Shown: positions 61,126 to 64,000 of the stretch, piece after piece
How the letters are laid out: the number at the start of each line of letters is the position of its first letter
Position numbering within the stretch: position 1 is the first letter of the stretch
Source of the DNA: Camelus dromedarius
Taxonomy: Eukaryota
DNA length: 64,000 nt
Direction of reading: 5' to 3'
Assembly (NCBI RefSeq): GCF_036321535.1
Contig: NC_087438.1
Coordinates: 3,846,001 to 3,910,000 of the forward strand
The notes under the pieces: generated by a model
Seen by the model: only the letters and a program-made list of their open reading frames with translations
Told to the model about the DNA's origin: nothing
Database searches by the model: none
Position numbers and translations under genes: made by a program

Positions 61126-62399
61126 ATAATAAACTGACCGTCGGTGAGATCCCTGTGCTTGTCACAGTCATGCCAAGGGGAGTGGGCTGTCTTCCTCAGT
61201 TTGCAGAGTATCCTCAGAGAGGCCCACGAGGAAGCTCAGTAGTTGGAAGGAAGCTCTAATCCCATCTTGGGTGTCACTTGTCTGCTTTCAAAGTGATTTT
61301 GTACCAAACAGTCGCCCTTATGTGGAGCTCAGACCCAGGACGGCAGTGAGGGACCGTGGCCGGCGTGCAGGCTCCGCCCAGCGGCACCCCCGAGTCTCCA
61401 GGACGCTGCTGTGGGAGCCCAGGGAGCGTGGTGCGCGGCCCTCCGTGCGGCTCTGCAAGAGCGGCAGCAAGAATGAGGAGCGCAGGCCGCATTCTGACCC
61501 CGTCCGTGTGCCAGACCCACACAGAGCACCTGGCCTGCGTCACCTCACCGGGTCCTCACACGCACTCTAGAACATGGCCTCTCTGTTAGTCACTTTACAC
61601 ACAGGTGAAGGGTCAGGGCAAGTGTCTTGCCTGAGGCCACAAGCAGGTCAGTGGGGAAACCGAGATGCGAGCCCAGGTGGGAACCTTCTGTCAAGAAGCT
61701 TCTCAAAGTGGGCAGCAGCCTCAGCACCGTGAGGGAGCTTGCAGTAAATCCAGACTCCTAGGGACACCAGGGCTACCGAAAGGGGCCCGCCCTGCCCCGG
61801 GTGCGGGTGACGAGCCGGCGCCCTGGGCTGGGGCGGGGCTTCCACGCTGCCCCTTTGGCTGGACTGCCCCTCCTGCCGCTGCCTTCCCCTCCGGCTTCGG
61901 ACAGGGAGGAGCTGGGACTCACTGCTCTCTCCACGCGCCTTGCTGGGCTCGGACAAGGATCCTGTCCCGCATTTTAACCTCTTCGTGACACTAGTTCCCA
62001 CTGTGACGGAGACACAGGAGACACGTGTGTTTCCTTGGGAATCCCTTTCGTGGTCAATCTCACAGAGTTAATGTCAGGACTAACATTAACCTGAAGGACT
62101 TGGAATCACAAAGAAGAATGTGTGTTTAAAGCTTTGAGATTTAACGTTCTAAAAGGAAGTTTTAACGATGTAAAAGTGTGACGGAAGATGGAATATGATG
62201 CCTTGTTTTATGTTCTCCAGATGCAAACCAGACAGGCTCAATATCTACGGCAGGAATAACCTACCCAGATGTCCGGTAGTGCCAACACTCCACCACCGAA
62301 AGCAGCGAGCTGCCCTTGTGCGCGTGGAGACCCAGACCCGCTGGCCAGCTCAGCAAGAACTCACTCACGTCAAATGGAAGCCTGCAAGCGTGGGCACCC

Positions 62400-63060
62400 A
62401 GGTCTCCATTCCATTAGGCTTTTTTGATATTGAAAGTGACAGGCTTATAAATAAAATATTGAATATCCCAGAAGTCTTGGTGGTCCTTGGAGATAACACT
62501 GTATTCATACACTGAGTGACTTGATGCAGAGAAGCACGTTGCTACGATTTTGCTTCTGACTTGGAAGTGACAATATTATTTTGGAGTGAAAGGAACAGGA
62601 CGGCATCTCCTGGGATCCACAAAGGTACAGTGTGGCCCCGGGGGTGGAAATTATCCATGATTTAGTACCAAGATGATTTTTGTTTGTAATTAATATTGCT
62701 GCTCTGTTAGTCCTCATAAAATAATGTGGCAAATCAGTTTTCCCCGGAGACCCCACAGTGTAAACAGCAATTTTTTATGTTGTGGAGATACCGTTAGCAA
62801 ATGGCATGAACTCCTCTGTAGGGCCGAGGAGCGTCGTAAATCAAGATTATGAAAGTTCAACACCGAACCCTTCCTTTTCAGTCGAGGAGGATACTGATCG
62901 AACTAAACAATGAATTTGCTCAGTGGCGTCATCACTCCGCTTTGTTCTGACTACATGTCTTGTAATCTGTTTTATTTTATGGGTTAGAGAATCACTTTTC
63001 CTAATCTCCACTTCAGTCCATGGAGATGGATGGAATATCCACATAGAAAAGTTCATTTTG
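62400..63060. promoter_or_regulatory. Candidate HOX/PBX-regulated enhancer
   Basis: Apparently repeat-free. TGATTTACGAC on the minus strand (62833-62843), CTCATAAAA (62713), TTTTATG (62773), TTTTATGG (62975), TGTAAACA (62759) and TGACAG (62437). Confidence 0.45.
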
Positions 63061-64000
63061 GTGGTGGGGTACATTTAGCAGTATGCTTAATTAGTTTGCA
63101 AAAAAAAATTGATACATGGTAAGATTCTGATTGGCAGCTTGACTGATGTAAACCATTACAGATCTGGGAAGGGGGTGGAGTCTGTTCAGTATTCTCAGCA
63201 TCTGAAACGGAGTCCACTCAGTGAGACCTGGGTCTCCCATGCTCACCAGCTGTCCTCCCGTGGGACCTGTCAAGCCTTGACGTCTGAGAGAGGCAGGTCT
63301 CTTCCCAGCCAGGTGGGGGTGACCCAGGGGAAATGGCCTCTGAGGCTGTTTTTCTGTCCCCTCCACTTTGGCTGCATTTAGCCTTCAGCATAGGAAGAGA
63401 ACATTCTTGCCTGAGCCGGGAGCTTCTGTTAGAGCATCTTTATGACTCTGTCTCAATCAGTAAAACTGTGTTTGCAGAAGATCAAGCCACTCCTGCCTGC
63501 GAACCCAGGAGTCATAGCTTATCGTCACCCAGCCTGTGGGCCCTTTAACAAGCGGAATGTCCATTCTGCTCCAAGCCTCCCTCTCCCCATGAAGAGCAGA
63601 CGTGCCAACCTGGTCCTCGTGCTCCGCCCTGGTTTGGTTCCACCCGCCTTTCTGGTTTCCTGTTGTGGAAGCAAAACCAACCCTTCTCCCTGCTGCCACC
63701 GTACAGGAGTGGACATGCAGCGTCTCCCATGTAGGCAACAGAACAAACAAACAAACACAAATCCCTGGAAAACACACGAGGCCGTCCTGTCAGGTTCTGG
63801 TCCCCGGAAACAGGAGCATTCCTTTCAGCCTCTCACTCTCAGAGGACAACCCTGCCAAACCTGACCTTGGCAACGACAGCAGACGCTTCAGGGTCCTCCC
63901 CATGCCTGACAAGCAGGGGAGGGAACGGCTGTTTTTCCATCAGGGAAAGATGAACTGTGGGCTTGCTAACCCGGACAGCCTCGTGTGCCTCCCTTCTGTT

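Overview
This is mammalian non-coding DNA, either intergenic or deep intronic. I found no protein-coding exon, RNA gene or CRISPR array, and the listed ORFs look spurious or transposon-derived. The young LINE-1 3' ends resemble camelid/cetartiodactyl L1, and I saw no ruminant, pig, primate or rodent SINEs, so a camelid is likely (inference). Much of the window is interspersed repeat: many MaLR (MLT1) LTRs, an MLT2 LTR, an ERV1-type LTR, L1s of several ages, HAL1, L2, MIR, hAT elements and (GT)n microsatellites. Subfamily names come from recalled consensus sequences, not a database search. The most informative structures are these. (1) A nested fossil at ~9.4-12.4 kb, where an ERV-L pol/dUTPase remnant is split by an MLT2 solo LTR and by a long-inverted-repeat hAT element that keeps a transposase C-terminal fragment. 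(2) An L1 with both ends present but internally deleted. (3) A small twin-primed (5'-inverted) L1. (4) Several repeat-free blocks rich in homeodomain motifs (a perfect PBX-HOX site, MEIS-HOX, POU octamer/MORE palindrome, CTCF-like) that may be developmental enhancers. I see no convincing evidence of a new biological system.
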